DNA of 32,000 bases from Candidatus Saccharimonadota bacterium. GTDB lineage: Bacteria > Patescibacteriota > Saccharimonadia > Saccharimonadales > Saccharimonadaceae. Of this stretch, positions 15,139-23,531 are shown one piece after another. Positions within the stretch are counted from its first letter, which is position 1. Each line of letters starts with the position of its first letter. The DNA lies in the NCBI RefSeq assembly GCF_025273655.1, contig NZ_CP045921.1:510001-542000 (forward strand). Reading direction: 5' to 3'. The translations under genes and the position numbers were made by a program. Below the pieces are notes generated by a model. It ran no database searches. It worked only from the letters and a program-made list of their open reading frames with translations, and was not told the origin of the DNA.

Positions 15139-16482
15139 ATGACCGCATCAACGGTCATTAACAACGTTGTCATTCGCCCTGCGGCGTCTGATGACTTCGA
15201 GTGGGTCGCCGACCTCATGGTTCGGGCGCTCAGCCCGTTCTACGACGGCGACCATCGTGCGCACGCACAGCGCATCTTCGACACCCACATGGAGGGTGGC
15301 GTCGACCACGTCGGTCACTTCTCGGCTGGACAGTACATGTTCATCGCCGAGCAGGACGGGCAGCGGGTCGGCATCATCCACGTCGTGGAGAAGAAGCAGG
15401 AGACGGTGAAGATCAGTCCGCTGATCGTTAGCACCGACTACCGTGGGAAGCTGGGAATCGGAAGCATGCTGCTCAAGCACGCTGAAGAGTTCGCCCGCAA
15501 CCTCGGTGCTCGGCAGCTATACTGCACCGTCGCCTCACCGAACCAGAAGGCGTTGGAGTTCTTCCTCCGGAAGGGCTTCCGCATCACTGGTACGGCGAAG
15601 GATCACTACAAGCAGGGTGTCGACGAGCACATGCTGTACAAGCAGCTCGTGGACGAGGCGGGTTTCGACTCGCCCAATGTCTCGGTGATCCCCTTCGACG
15701 AGGAGAATCACGCTGAAGGCGCGCGGAAGCTCATTCTGTCGCAGATGAGCGATGTTTTCCGTGGTGTGGACGACGATTGGGTTGACGCCCTGTTCGCTGG
15801 CTACAAGCGGAAAGAACTTGGCGACGTGAATGCCAAGTACAAGATCATCTTCACCGCCGAGTGTGGTGGTCAGGTGGTCGGCATCGCTGGCGCTACACCG
15901 AAGAAGGGTCAGCCCATCAAGCTGATGCCGCTCGTGACGTTGTCGGAGGCAGCGTTCGAAGCGCTTGTCATCGACCTTCAGGGATTGCTGGCGGACTACG
16001 GTCACAAGCTGTACGTTCACCTCGTTCCCGAACCGTGGCAGGTCGCCTGCCTCCAGCGTCACGGCTGGACGCTCGAAGGTGTGTTCCCGGGAGGGTACGC
16101 ACCGAACAGTGTCGTGCAGCAGTGGGGACTGAACTTCAACAAGGAAGGAGCAACCGTGCGTAAGATGCGCATCAAGCGTCCGTACTACGACGCGATCATG
16201 TCGGGTCGCAAGACCCTGGAGGTTCGCGTCGGATACGACAACATCAAGCGGCTGAGGGCCGGGGAGATGTTGCAGCTCGAGACCGGACACACGTCGGGGG
16301 TGGTGAGGATCAAGTCGATCCGCATCTACAACAACTTCGCCGATATGCTGGCGACCGAGCCGTGGCGAGAGATCGTCCCTCAGGTCAACAGCGAGGCGAT
16401 CGCCCTCCAGCTCCTACGCGAGATCTATCCCGCACACAAGGAGCGTCTCGGTGTTCATGTCATCGAGGTCGAGAAGCAGTAG
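15139..16482 (+). CDS. GNAT acetyltransferase - second GNAT-like domain - ASCH domain fusion protein (447 aa)
   Basis: Domain 1 has the acetyl-CoA motif (YRGKLGIGSMLLKHAEEFA). Domain 2 is GNAT-like without that motif. The C-terminus RPYYDAIMSGRKTLEVRV...GVHVIEVE is ASCH. Sampled lines are 62-67% GC with GC3-rich codons, and there are many shadow ORFs. Confidence 0.85.
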   Translation: MTASTVINNVVIRPAASDDFEWVADLMVRALSPFYDGDHRAHAQRIFDTHMEGGVDHVGHFSAGQYMFIAEQDGQRVGIIHVVEKKQETVKISPLIVSTDYRGKLGIGSMLLKHAEEFARNLGARQLYCTVASPNQKALEFFLRKGFRITGTAKDHYKQGVDEHMLYKQLVDEAGFDSPNVSVIPFDEENHAEGARKLILSQMSDVFRGVDDDWVDALFAGYKRKELGDVNAKYKIIFTAECGGQVVGIAGATPKKGQPIKLMPLVTLSEAAFEALVIDLQGLLADYGHKLYVHLVPEPWQVACLQRHGWTLEGVFPGGYAPNSVVQQWGLNFNKEGATVRKMRIKRPYYDAIMSGRKTLEVRVGYDNIKRLRAGEMLQLETGHTSGVVRIKSIRIYNNFADMLATEPWREIVPQVNSEAIALQLLREIYPAHKERLGVHVIEVEKQ

Positions 16483-16620
16483 GACAAAACGGGGTTCGCA
16501 TTCCTGAGACGGAGTAATCCGCTCAATCGTGCGAGTGACTTGGGCTAGTGTCACTGGTGCCTGACTTAAGGTACCGAACAACTAGCCTGCTTTCTTTGGA
16601 AATTATATTACACCACAATA

Positions 16621-16650
16621 GGTTCGATAATCATCCTTCAACCCCTGCCA
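16621..16650 (+). repeat. degenerate direct copy of the tRNA-Trp 3' end (attR-like remnant)
   Basis: GGTTCGAT-AATCA-TCCTTCA-ACCCCTGCCA compared with tRNA GGTTCGAT-TCCTAGT-ACCCCTGCCA. That is 22 of 25 aligned positions with one 5-nt insertion. It does not fold as a tRNA. Confidence 0.5.
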
Positions 16651-16657
16651 TGAAAAT

Positions 16658-16685
16658 CGTCAGACTTTTTAGTCTGGCGTTTTTC
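16658..16685 (+). terminator. rho-independent terminator
   Basis: CGTCAGACT-TTTT-AGTCTGGCG followed by TTTTT. An outer extension CCATGAAAA/TTTTCATGG lengthens the stem. Confidence 0.75.
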
Positions 16686-16767
16686 ATGGCACATAGCAAG
16701 CTGAGGATTATGCATCACAAACTGATTTGATGGATAGGGGGTAATAGTTTTATACTTGAGACAGTTT

Positions 16768-18057
16768 ATGCGGCTCTCTCGAACACACGCACCAGAAGCG
16801 GATACCTTTGTACCTTCGATCGACCTACCACCAATGCCGGGCGACATAGGGAGGATGGACGGTGCGGTACGCGACTCCCATCGCAACACAGAACCTGCAT
16901 TTGGTAAATTTATGCGATGGACCAGTGCATCTACTCTGGGGGCGGTAGCTGCTGGTGCCGTCTGGCTAGGAGCTGATATTGTTCATGGCGTGCACGATGG
17001 ACGTGAAGCTGTCCAGAGTAGTCATGCTATGGTGCATGAGGTATACGGGAGCCATACAGAGATTGATGTGCTTCATGCTCATCATGGCACTTTTGTGCTG
17101 ACGGGCCTAGGCACCAAAAACCCCACCAAAACTGCCGAAGTCCTTGAGGTACATAAGGAGGCCGGTCAGGTCTTCGCACTTGAATACAGCAACCGCGATC
17201 TGGACACAAAAGATATGGCAAAACGTGTCATTGCAACTGCAAAAACGCACGAGTTGACTGAAATATCGTTTGACGGGTATAGTGCCGGCGGGCCAATCGC
17301 TCTGGATATAGCAGCCCACATTAGGGAGATGGAGCCGGAACTAAATATCGTTGCAATTGTCTTCAATAGTTCGCCCATCGGCGACGATAGCCTCACCGAC
17401 AGGAGTAGGGAGGGCATAGATCTTATGCAGACAATACTCTCGGTAGATGAAGATCTAGCGTATTATCTCAAAGGGCGTATAGCTACCGAGCTACTAGCAC
17501 GTAGCGATCGTTATATCGAGCGGTCACCCGCAAGTGATCGTCGTCTTACAATTCATAGCTACAAGAGTTTTGACTATAATGGTACTCATTATGAAGTACT
17601 ATACCCAAACATCTTACCGGAGTTGTATGACATCATTGATAAGCTTAGCGACGAAGATGCCGCTAGTGCAATGCTCATATGGGAGCAAGCCAAGTTTATT
17701 GTGCAGACTGACTACGAAAAAAATATTGCTACACTCCCAGAAGATACTCTCATCGTCTACACCTGTGCCTGGCAAGAATCTGACGACCAGGTTGTTGCTA
17801 CTAATCCAAGTGCCACAAACCTACAAGTTGCTGCCGAGAAGCATAATCTGCAGTTTAAGCTCATAAAAGCCCAGGTGGGCCATGCGAATCCGGGCGAAGA
17901 CACAGCTCAATATACCAATATGATACGCCAGATCCAGCCATACATTACTAACCGTCTCGTTAAAATCGTGCTGCCACGCGAAATGGCCACTCATGCCCTA
18001 CCTTCATCGACTGAGCCGAATGCGCAGGTTAGAGCAGAGGCTGCGCCACCACGCTAG
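16768..18057 (+). CDS. membrane-anchored alpha/beta-hydrolase-like protein (putative esterase/lipase)
   Basis: One TM helix (STLGAVAAGAVWLGADIV). Nucleophile elbow GYSAGG (GxSxG). Start is uncertain: ATG at 16768 with TATACT 11 nt upstream, while the ORF track uses TTG at 16756. Confidence 0.55.
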   Translation: MRLSRTHAPEADTFVPSIDLPPMPGDIGRMDGAVRDSHRNTEPAFGKFMRWTSASTLGAVAAGAVWLGADIVHGVHDGREAVQSSHAMVHEVYGSHTEIDVLHAHHGTFVLTGLGTKNPTKTAEVLEVHKEAGQVFALEYSNRDLDTKDMAKRVIATAKTHELTEISFDGYSAGGPIALDIAAHIREMEPELNIVAIVFNSSPIGDDSLTDRSREGIDLMQTILSVDEDLAYYLKGRIATELLARSDRYIERSPASDRRLTIHSYKSFDYNGTHYEVLYPNILPELYDIIDKLSDEDAASAMLIWEQAKFIVQTDYEKNIATLPEDTLIVYTCAWQESDDQVVATNPSATNLQVAAEKHNLQFKLIKAQVGHANPGEDTAQYTNMIRQIQPYITNRLVKIVLPREMATHALPSSTEPNAQVRAEAAPPR

Positions 18058-18740
18058 AGGGAGATGTCGACAAGGCTTTTGATATAGTCATAAATTGCGT
18101 AGCCGCGGACTGGCTCTTGGCCGGCGACAAAGGTTGTCGGTGTGCTATAGATATTAGCGGCATACGCTTGTGTGTCGGCTTGCTTGATAAGATTGTCGTA
18201 CCGATTATCGCGTAGACACGATGACAGCTTAGTCTCATCGAGTCCTGCTCCCTGGGCAATGCGTGCTGCGGGGAAATCTGTAAAAAACGATACACCGTTG
18301 ACTTCGACAGTGCGGCCATTGCTGCGAGTAAGTGCATCACTTACGAAATCCGATGTATCCATAAATTTTCCCTGTTCATTGCCACACATGAGTAGCTCGG
18401 TAAGTGCAGCCGACTGCTCAGTGACAATACTCAGAGGGCGAATTTCGAGATCAATTTTGCCTGTTTTGGCATAGTCATCGTAAAGTGGCTTAACAGTTGC
18501 GGAGTGAAATGTAGCGCATTTGTCGCAGACTGGATCGGTATAGATGACGACTTTGGTGCTCGCACTTTTGTTGCCGAGCGAAACACTTAGTGGTGCTTGA
18601 GCTGGCGCGGTATCGCCTGTCGCATGTTGCTGCCAAAACATACGAAAGCCCACTATCGCTAGCACAACTACGCATACAATTGCCGCCACAGCGATGATGA
18701 CTTTTTTCTGTTGTAACTCAGTTTCGCGAGATATTGCCAT
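18054..18740 (-). CDS. membrane-anchored DsbA-family thiol:disulfide oxidoreductase
   Basis: N-terminal TM helix and thioredoxin-like CxxC (DPVCDKCATFH). Overlaps the convergent hydrolase gene by 4 nt. Confidence 0.75.
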   Translation of the reverse strand: MAISRETELQQKKVIIAVAAIVCVVVLAIVGFRMFWQQHATGDTAPAQAPLSVSLGNKSASTKVVIYTDPVCDKCATFHSATVKPLYDDYAKTGKIDLEIRPLSIVTEQSAALTELLMCGNEQGKFMDTSDFVSDALTRSNGRTVEVNGVSFFTDFPAARIAQGAGLDETKLSSCLRDNRYDNLIKQADTQAYAANIYSTPTTFVAGQEPVRGYAIYDYIKSLVDISL

Positions 18741-18779
18741 AGTGTTGTTAGTATAGCAGCTTGCAAGAGTGCCTGCGAC

Positions 18780-19766
18780 CTACTTATGCTTTTTGCTTGG
18801 TTTTTTGCGTTTTGATACGCGAACTGCTCGACGAAACTTTCGCTCTACTTCACCGTCGGCAAAACGCGCAATTGGAGTGTGGACAATAAGGCGTTCCGCG
18901 GGTGTCTTGACATCCCGGTCAATATCTTCCACCATCTGCACGAAATTTTTCTCGATAAGCCACTCGCGTCCGGGGAGTGTCTGACCTATGACGCTAATAC
19001 GCCAGAGATCGTCGTTCCAGCGTTCGGCATACGTAATCTTGAGCGGGCTTGCGAGCATGGTTGCGCCTGTCGGAATCGTGTTGATAATTGCTTCAATTGC
19101 GCGCTCACCACGTGCACGGTCGCGCACAAATACATCGACAGCCATGGTGCGTACGCCTTTTGGTGAGACGTGCACTGCCTGGATTTGCTGATTGTGCACC
19201 CAGACGACTTCCCCGCTAAGCGTGCGGATTTTGGTAGAGCGCAGTGTCATACGCTCTACGACGCCGCTGAGATCAATAAATGGCTCGATCTTCACAAAAT
19301 CACCGATCGTGTACCATTTTTCGGCAATCATCATTGCGCCAGTAGTTACGTCGCGGATTACCATGCCGAGACTTTGACCAGCAAATACGATAAAAAATGC
19401 GCTGGCACCGACCGCCGCGATACCGCTAGTCATACCTAATCCCGAAGCTGGACTGAGGAGGCGCCATAGTACATAGGCGGTCACGACGACGATTGCCGTA
19501 CGAACGACCGCAATGGCTATACTGAGATATGTTTCGAGTTCACGGTAGCGCTGAGCCTTGACTTCGTCGGATTCGTTGTCGCTGCGTATGGCAATGTTTT
19601 GAGCTACATGGATAATCGCCCTAGCAATATATTTACTAATCCAGATGGCAACGACGATACAGCCGATCATAATCAAGACCGAACGCAGCGCATTTGGCTC
19701 GGCAAAAAAATCCCGTACCTCGAGGAGTACGGTATGAAATATTTGGTCTTGATCGGAGCTATTCAC
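18780..19766 (-). CDS. mechanosensitive ion channel (MscS family)
   Basis: TM helices followed by the MscS beta-domain motif GDFVKIEPFIDLSGVVERMTLRSTKIRTLSGEVVWVHNQQI. GTG start with TATACT 8 nt upstream. Confidence 0.85.
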   Translation of the reverse strand: MNSSDQDQIFHTVLLEVRDFFAEPNALRSVLIMIGCIVVAIWISKYIARAIIHVAQNIAIRSDNESDEVKAQRYRELETYLSIAIAVVRTAIVVVTAYVLWRLLSPASGLGMTSGIAAVGASAFFIVFAGQSLGMVIRDVTTGAMMIAEKWYTIGDFVKIEPFIDLSGVVERMTLRSTKIRTLSGEVVWVHNQQIQAVHVSPKGVRTMAVDVFVRDRARGERAIEAIINTIPTGATMLASPLKITYAERWNDDLWRISVIGQTLPGREWLIEKNFVQMVEDIDRDVKTPAERLIVHTPIARFADGEVERKFRRAVRVSKRKKPSKKHK

Positions 19767-19864
19767 GTGTATATAGTATAGACTATTTGACGGGTTTTGA
19801 CCAGTTTATTCTTGTTGTGCTTTTTGGTATCATGGGTGCAGCAACTGAGCAACAAAGGTGGTAT

Positions 19865-21025
19865 ATGCATACGGTTATCGTGGGTGGCGGATTCGCCGGT
19901 ATTAAAACAGCACTCGAGCTGAGCAGGGCTCAATCAGGTCGTATTACATTGATATCTGAACGGCCTGACTTTGTCCATCACGGCGGCTTAAGGCATGCGC
20001 TTACAGGGGGTGATCCTGCCGCTTCGGCTATTGCTCTTGATGATATCTTTGCATCGCACCCCGAAGTACGCATCGTCCATGCCAAGCTAACATCGATCAA
20101 TCCGGACCGCAAACTTGTTGTGTGTGGACACGAGAGCTATGACTATGATCAGCTTGTCATGGCACTTGGAAGCGAGGCAAACTATCGAGGTCATACCGAT
20201 GGCCCGAGCCACGTGTTTGGCAGCTGGAATCTCAAACAAGTTTCCGATCTCCATGATCATCTGCACGCTGCGCTCGCGGGAGACGAGCCAGTCGATCGTC
20301 GCTACGCAGTTATAGGCGCGGGGCCAAGTGGTGTCGAGATAGCTGGATTGCTCGGTGCCTATGTCCAGCAGCTTACTGAGCGCCACCTTGTATCACGTGC
20401 AAAAGTTCGCATCATGCTGATCGAGTCCGCCGAGCGTATTCTACCAACACTTTCGAAGCAAGCGAGCCGAACAGCCGCAAAAGCACTCAAAAAACATGGC
20501 ATCGAAATCATCACTAGCACTCATGTTGCCACCACGCATACCGAATTCGTCACAGTAGGTTATCAGAAACTACCTATCGATGCGCTAGTATGGGCAACTG
20601 GTACACATAACAATCCTTTTTATGCACAGCATCCTCACTTGTTTGACGTGCAGCCAGGTGGACTCGTCGCAGTTAACCCTTATCTCGAGGCGTATCGCGA
20701 CATCTCCGTAATCGGCGACAATGTTTCTGTGCGTGGAAGTGGTCGGATTCGTGGTGCTCTCGATATGGCTGAATACGTGGCCGACCATCTTGTACGACGC
20801 CAGACCGGCAAACTCGTCAGCGCCTACCGACCCGCCACGAGTATCATCTCGGTGCCAGTCGGTACAGATTGGGCATATATCGAATGTCTCGGCATCTATA
20901 CGACGGGACGTTTCGCAAAGTATCTTCATGATCGTCTACTTCGTGACAGTTATCGCCGTATTATGCCCCTGACGCTCGCCGAAGCAGCCGTTGCCTCTCA
21001 TACAACAAAAACAAACAATTTCTAG
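19865..21025 (+). CDS. NAD(P)/FAD-dependent oxidoreductase (type II NADH dehydrogenase-like)
   Basis: Two Rossmann motifs, VIVGGGFAGIKTA and VIGAGPSGVEIAG. Start set at the ATG at 19865 (AAAGGTGG RBS) rather than 19694, which would overlap mscS. Confidence 0.8.
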   Translation: MHTVIVGGGFAGIKTALELSRAQSGRITLISERPDFVHHGGLRHALTGGDPAASAIALDDIFASHPEVRIVHAKLTSINPDRKLVVCGHESYDYDQLVMALGSEANYRGHTDGPSHVFGSWNLKQVSDLHDHLHAALAGDEPVDRRYAVIGAGPSGVEIAGLLGAYVQQLTERHLVSRAKVRIMLIESAERILPTLSKQASRTAAKALKKHGIEIITSTHVATTHTEFVTVGYQKLPIDALVWATGTHNNPFYAQHPHLFDVQPGGLVAVNPYLEAYRDISVIGDNVSVRGSGRIRGALDMAEYVADHLVRRQTGKLVSAYRPATSIISVPVGTDWAYIECLGIYTTGRFAKYLHDRLLRDSYRRIMPLTLAEAAVASHTTKTNNF

Positions 21026-21111
21026 GTTGCCAGAACCATAAGCACTGACTATAATAAGAGACAAATGTGGTAAAAAAGGAGCGCAAGCGGTAGGGGCTGC
21101 TACACAAACAT

Positions 21112-22335
21112 ATGAAAATATTGATGCTCGGGTGGGAATTACCACCACATAACAGCGGAGGACTTGGGGTAGCTTGCTATCATTTGTCCAAATCACTCGC
21201 GCTTCGGGGCGCTGAGATTGATTTTGTTGTGCCCTACACTGCCGCGCATCCCGAAATCAACTTCATGAAGATCCATGCGGTGAGTTCACTTACCCCTCTT
21301 GAGCGCAACAACCTCGGCGTGTACGACAGTAGTCGCACGGTTGTGAATCGCGAACTGCCGGATATACCTGGAGGTGATCACAATATTCGCACGATCCAGC
21401 GTCGCTATGTCGATTTCGTCGAGAATTTTGTCTCTGATACAGAAGTGGATGTCATCCATGCACATGACTGGCTTACTATGGAGGCAGGTGTTCGCGCTAA
21501 AGAGCTGACAGGTAAGCCGCTGATAGTGCACGTCCATGCCACCGAGTTTGATCGCTCGGGCGAGCTCACTGGAAACCCCATAGTGCACGAGATTGAGCAA
21601 ACGGCCTTGCTGATGGCGGATCGAATATTTGCCGTGAGTAGTATCACCAAAAGTATTATCGTGCATCGCTATGGTATACCTGCAGACAAAGTCGAAGTAG
21701 TGTATAACGGCTTTGACCCAGCGCACTTCAATGATGGCTACACCTATGATGAACATACTTATCGGTACCTCGAATCGCTCAAGCAAGAGGGTTTCACGGT
21801 CGTCGCAACAGTCACTCGTTTTACTGTCCAGAAGGGACTATCGCACCTTATGCACGCTGCCGCCAAGGTACTCGAACAGTACGACAAAGTTGTCTTTCTT
21901 TTCGCAGGCGACGGTGAACAGCGAGACGAGCTTATAGATCTGGCGGCTCGGCTCGGCATTAGCGACCGCGTAGTATTTACCGGATTTGTGCGCGGCAAGC
22001 TATGGCGAGATGCGTATTCGGTCGCCGATATATTTGTTATGAGCTCGGTGTCGGAGCCGTTTGGTCTCACGGCGCTAGAGGCTGCTCATCATGGCAATGC
22101 ACTCATGATTAGCCGTCAGTCTGGCGTGGGTGAAGTATTACAAAGTATCTTTAGGTTTGATTTCTGGGATGCTGAACTACTGGCTGATCAGATTATCGGC
22201 CTTGCTACTTCTCCAGCACTTTTAGGTGAGATGAAACGCAACATCCGCGATGAATATGCACGCTTGTCATGGCATGATATCGCTAGCCAGTGCCTCTCGC
22301 AGTACACCCGAGCCCACGTAGGAGCTGTTGTATGA
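21112..22335 (+). CDS. glycogen-synthase-like retaining glycosyltransferase (GT4/GT5, GT-B fold)
   Basis: N-terminal MKILMLGWELPPHNSGGLGVA and C-terminal SEPFGLTALEAAHHG (E-x7-E region). Directly upstream of GH57 and GH15 genes. Confidence 0.75.
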   Translation: MKILMLGWELPPHNSGGLGVACYHLSKSLALRGAEIDFVVPYTAAHPEINFMKIHAVSSLTPLERNNLGVYDSSRTVVNRELPDIPGGDHNIRTIQRRYVDFVENFVSDTEVDVIHAHDWLTMEAGVRAKELTGKPLIVHVHATEFDRSGELTGNPIVHEIEQTALLMADRIFAVSSITKSIIVHRYGIPADKVEVVYNGFDPAHFNDGYTYDEHTYRYLESLKQEGFTVVATVTRFTVQKGLSHLMHAAAKVLEQYDKVVFLFAGDGEQRDELIDLAARLGISDRVVFTGFVRGKLWRDAYSVADIFVMSSVSEPFGLTALEAAHHGNALMISRQSGVGEVLQSIFRFDFWDAELLADQIIGLATSPALLGEMKRNIRDEYARLSWHDIASQCLSQYTRAHVGAVV

Positions 22336-23528
22336 GCCAAAAGACAATTGCGCTGTATTTACAGCTACACCAGCCATACCGCGTTAAGCGCTACACTATC
22401 TTTGATACAGCGCATGACCACTTATATTTCAATGATGAAGGCGATAGCGACACCAACAACCGCCGTATCTTCGAACGTGTCGCCGAAAAATCATACCGCC
22501 CTATGCTCACGCAACTGGAGCGACTGGGCGAAGAGCTGCCAGACTTCCGATTTAGTTTGAGCGTCACAGGCACATTCCTCGAGCAAGCAGAAGCATGGGC
22601 TCCCGATGTGATCGATACGCTCAAGCGACTTGTCGCCAGTGGTAATGTAGAGCTTTTGGCGGAAACGTATCACCATAGTCTGGCGTTTTATTACAGTCAG
22701 CGTGAGTTTGAGACACAGGTAAATCTGCACCGCGAAAAAATCTTCCAAACGTTTGGCGTGATTCCGTCGGTATTTCGCAATACCGAGCTGGCATACGATG
22801 ATCGCTTAGCAGAGTGGGCGGCTGAACATGGGTATAAAGGTATCCTAGCTGAGGGCTGGGACGCAGTACTCGATTGGCGTAGTCCGAACCATTTGTATCG
22901 TGCTGCAGGCACCGACAAGCTCGCCCTACTACTCAAAAACTACCGACTGAGTGATGATCTGGCTTTTCGCTTTGCACACGACAACTGGTCGGCCGCAAGC
23001 TACATCGACAGGCTGCACCACTCCGATCCGTCAGCCAAGCTGATTAACCTCTTTATGGACTTTGAGACATTTGGCGAGCATCAGTGGGAAGACACCGGTA
23101 TTTTCGCGTTCTTTAGTCAGTTTGTGCACGCCTGGACAGCAGACAATCAACGCTTTGTTACTGTATCTGATGCTATCGCTCTGCATGACCAAGAGGGTGA
23201 ACTTTCGATGCCAGAAACGGTCACTTGGGCAGATAGCGAGCGTGATCTCAGTGCCTGGACGGGCAACGCACTTCAGCAAGAGATACTCAAATATATTTAT
23301 GCACTTGAACACGAAGTGACCCAATCCGGCGACAGTGACCTTATCGCAGATTGGCGCAAACTCCTCACGTCCGACCATGCCTACTACATGTCGACTAAGT
23401 GGCATGACGACGGCAATATCCATGCATACTTTAGTCCCTATGATTCACCTTACGATGCGTTTCTGGGCTATATGAATGTTGTTCGTGACCTACGCTGGCG
23501 AGTAGGCGAACACCGAAAGGCTCTTTAG
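22332..23528 (+). CDS. glycoside hydrolase family 57 protein (alpha-glucan active)
   Basis: N-terminal LQLHQPYR motif and overall GH57 layout (TGTFLEQ, ELLAETYHH). ATG at 22332 overlaps the upstream stop (ATGA). Confidence 0.8.
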   Translation: MSQKTIALYLQLHQPYRVKRYTIFDTAHDHLYFNDEGDSDTNNRRIFERVAEKSYRPMLTQLERLGEELPDFRFSLSVTGTFLEQAEAWAPDVIDTLKRLVASGNVELLAETYHHSLAFYYSQREFETQVNLHREKIFQTFGVIPSVFRNTELAYDDRLAEWAAEHGYKGILAEGWDAVLDWRSPNHLYRAAGTDKLALLLKNYRLSDDLAFRFAHDNWSAASYIDRLHHSDPSAKLINLFMDFETFGEHQWEDTGIFAFFSQFVHAWTADNQRFVTVSDAIALHDQEGELSMPETVTWADSERDLSAWTGNALQQEILKYIYALEHEVTQSGDSDLIADWRKLLTSDHAYYMSTKWHDDGNIHAYFSPYDSPYDAFLGYMNVVRDLRWRVGEHRKAL

Positions 23529-23531
23529 TCT

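Larger units (their letters stand above)
14648..16650 (+). mobile_element. candidate integrase-less genomic islet at the tRNA-Trp 3' end
   Basis: Bounded by the intact tRNA-Trp and a degenerate direct copy of its 3' end (16621-16650). Contains two ASCH-domain genes, one with strongly foreign composition. Confidence 0.45.

Noticed and set aside
15148-16290. Multiple long ORFs overlapping the GC-rich gene: 15148-15480 (-), 15535-16290 (-, 251 aa), 15167/15201/15443/15861 (+)
   Set aside because: They are Arg/Ser/Pro-rich shadow ORFs of the kind produced by stop-codon depletion in high-GC DNA. Only the 15139-16482 frame gives recognisable GNAT and ASCH domains.
16548-16889. Small ORFs 16548-16730 (+, 60 aa) and 16638-16889 (-, 83 aa) in the intergenic region after the GC-rich gene
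   Set aside because: They span the tRNA-like remnant and the terminator hairpin, have no RBS or leaderless-type promoter, and their sequences are not protein-like.
19694-19864. Longer start (19694) for the NDH-2-like gene
   Set aside because: It would overlap the mscS start by 73 nt and add a non-conserved peptide. The ATG at 19865 sits right before the GGGFAG Rossmann motif and has an AAAGGTGG RBS.
21286-22070. Minus-strand ORFs of 166, 81 and 103 aa antisense to the glycogen-synthase-like gene
   Set aside because: They lie fully within a gene with clear GT-B motifs, and they have no start signals or recognisable domains.
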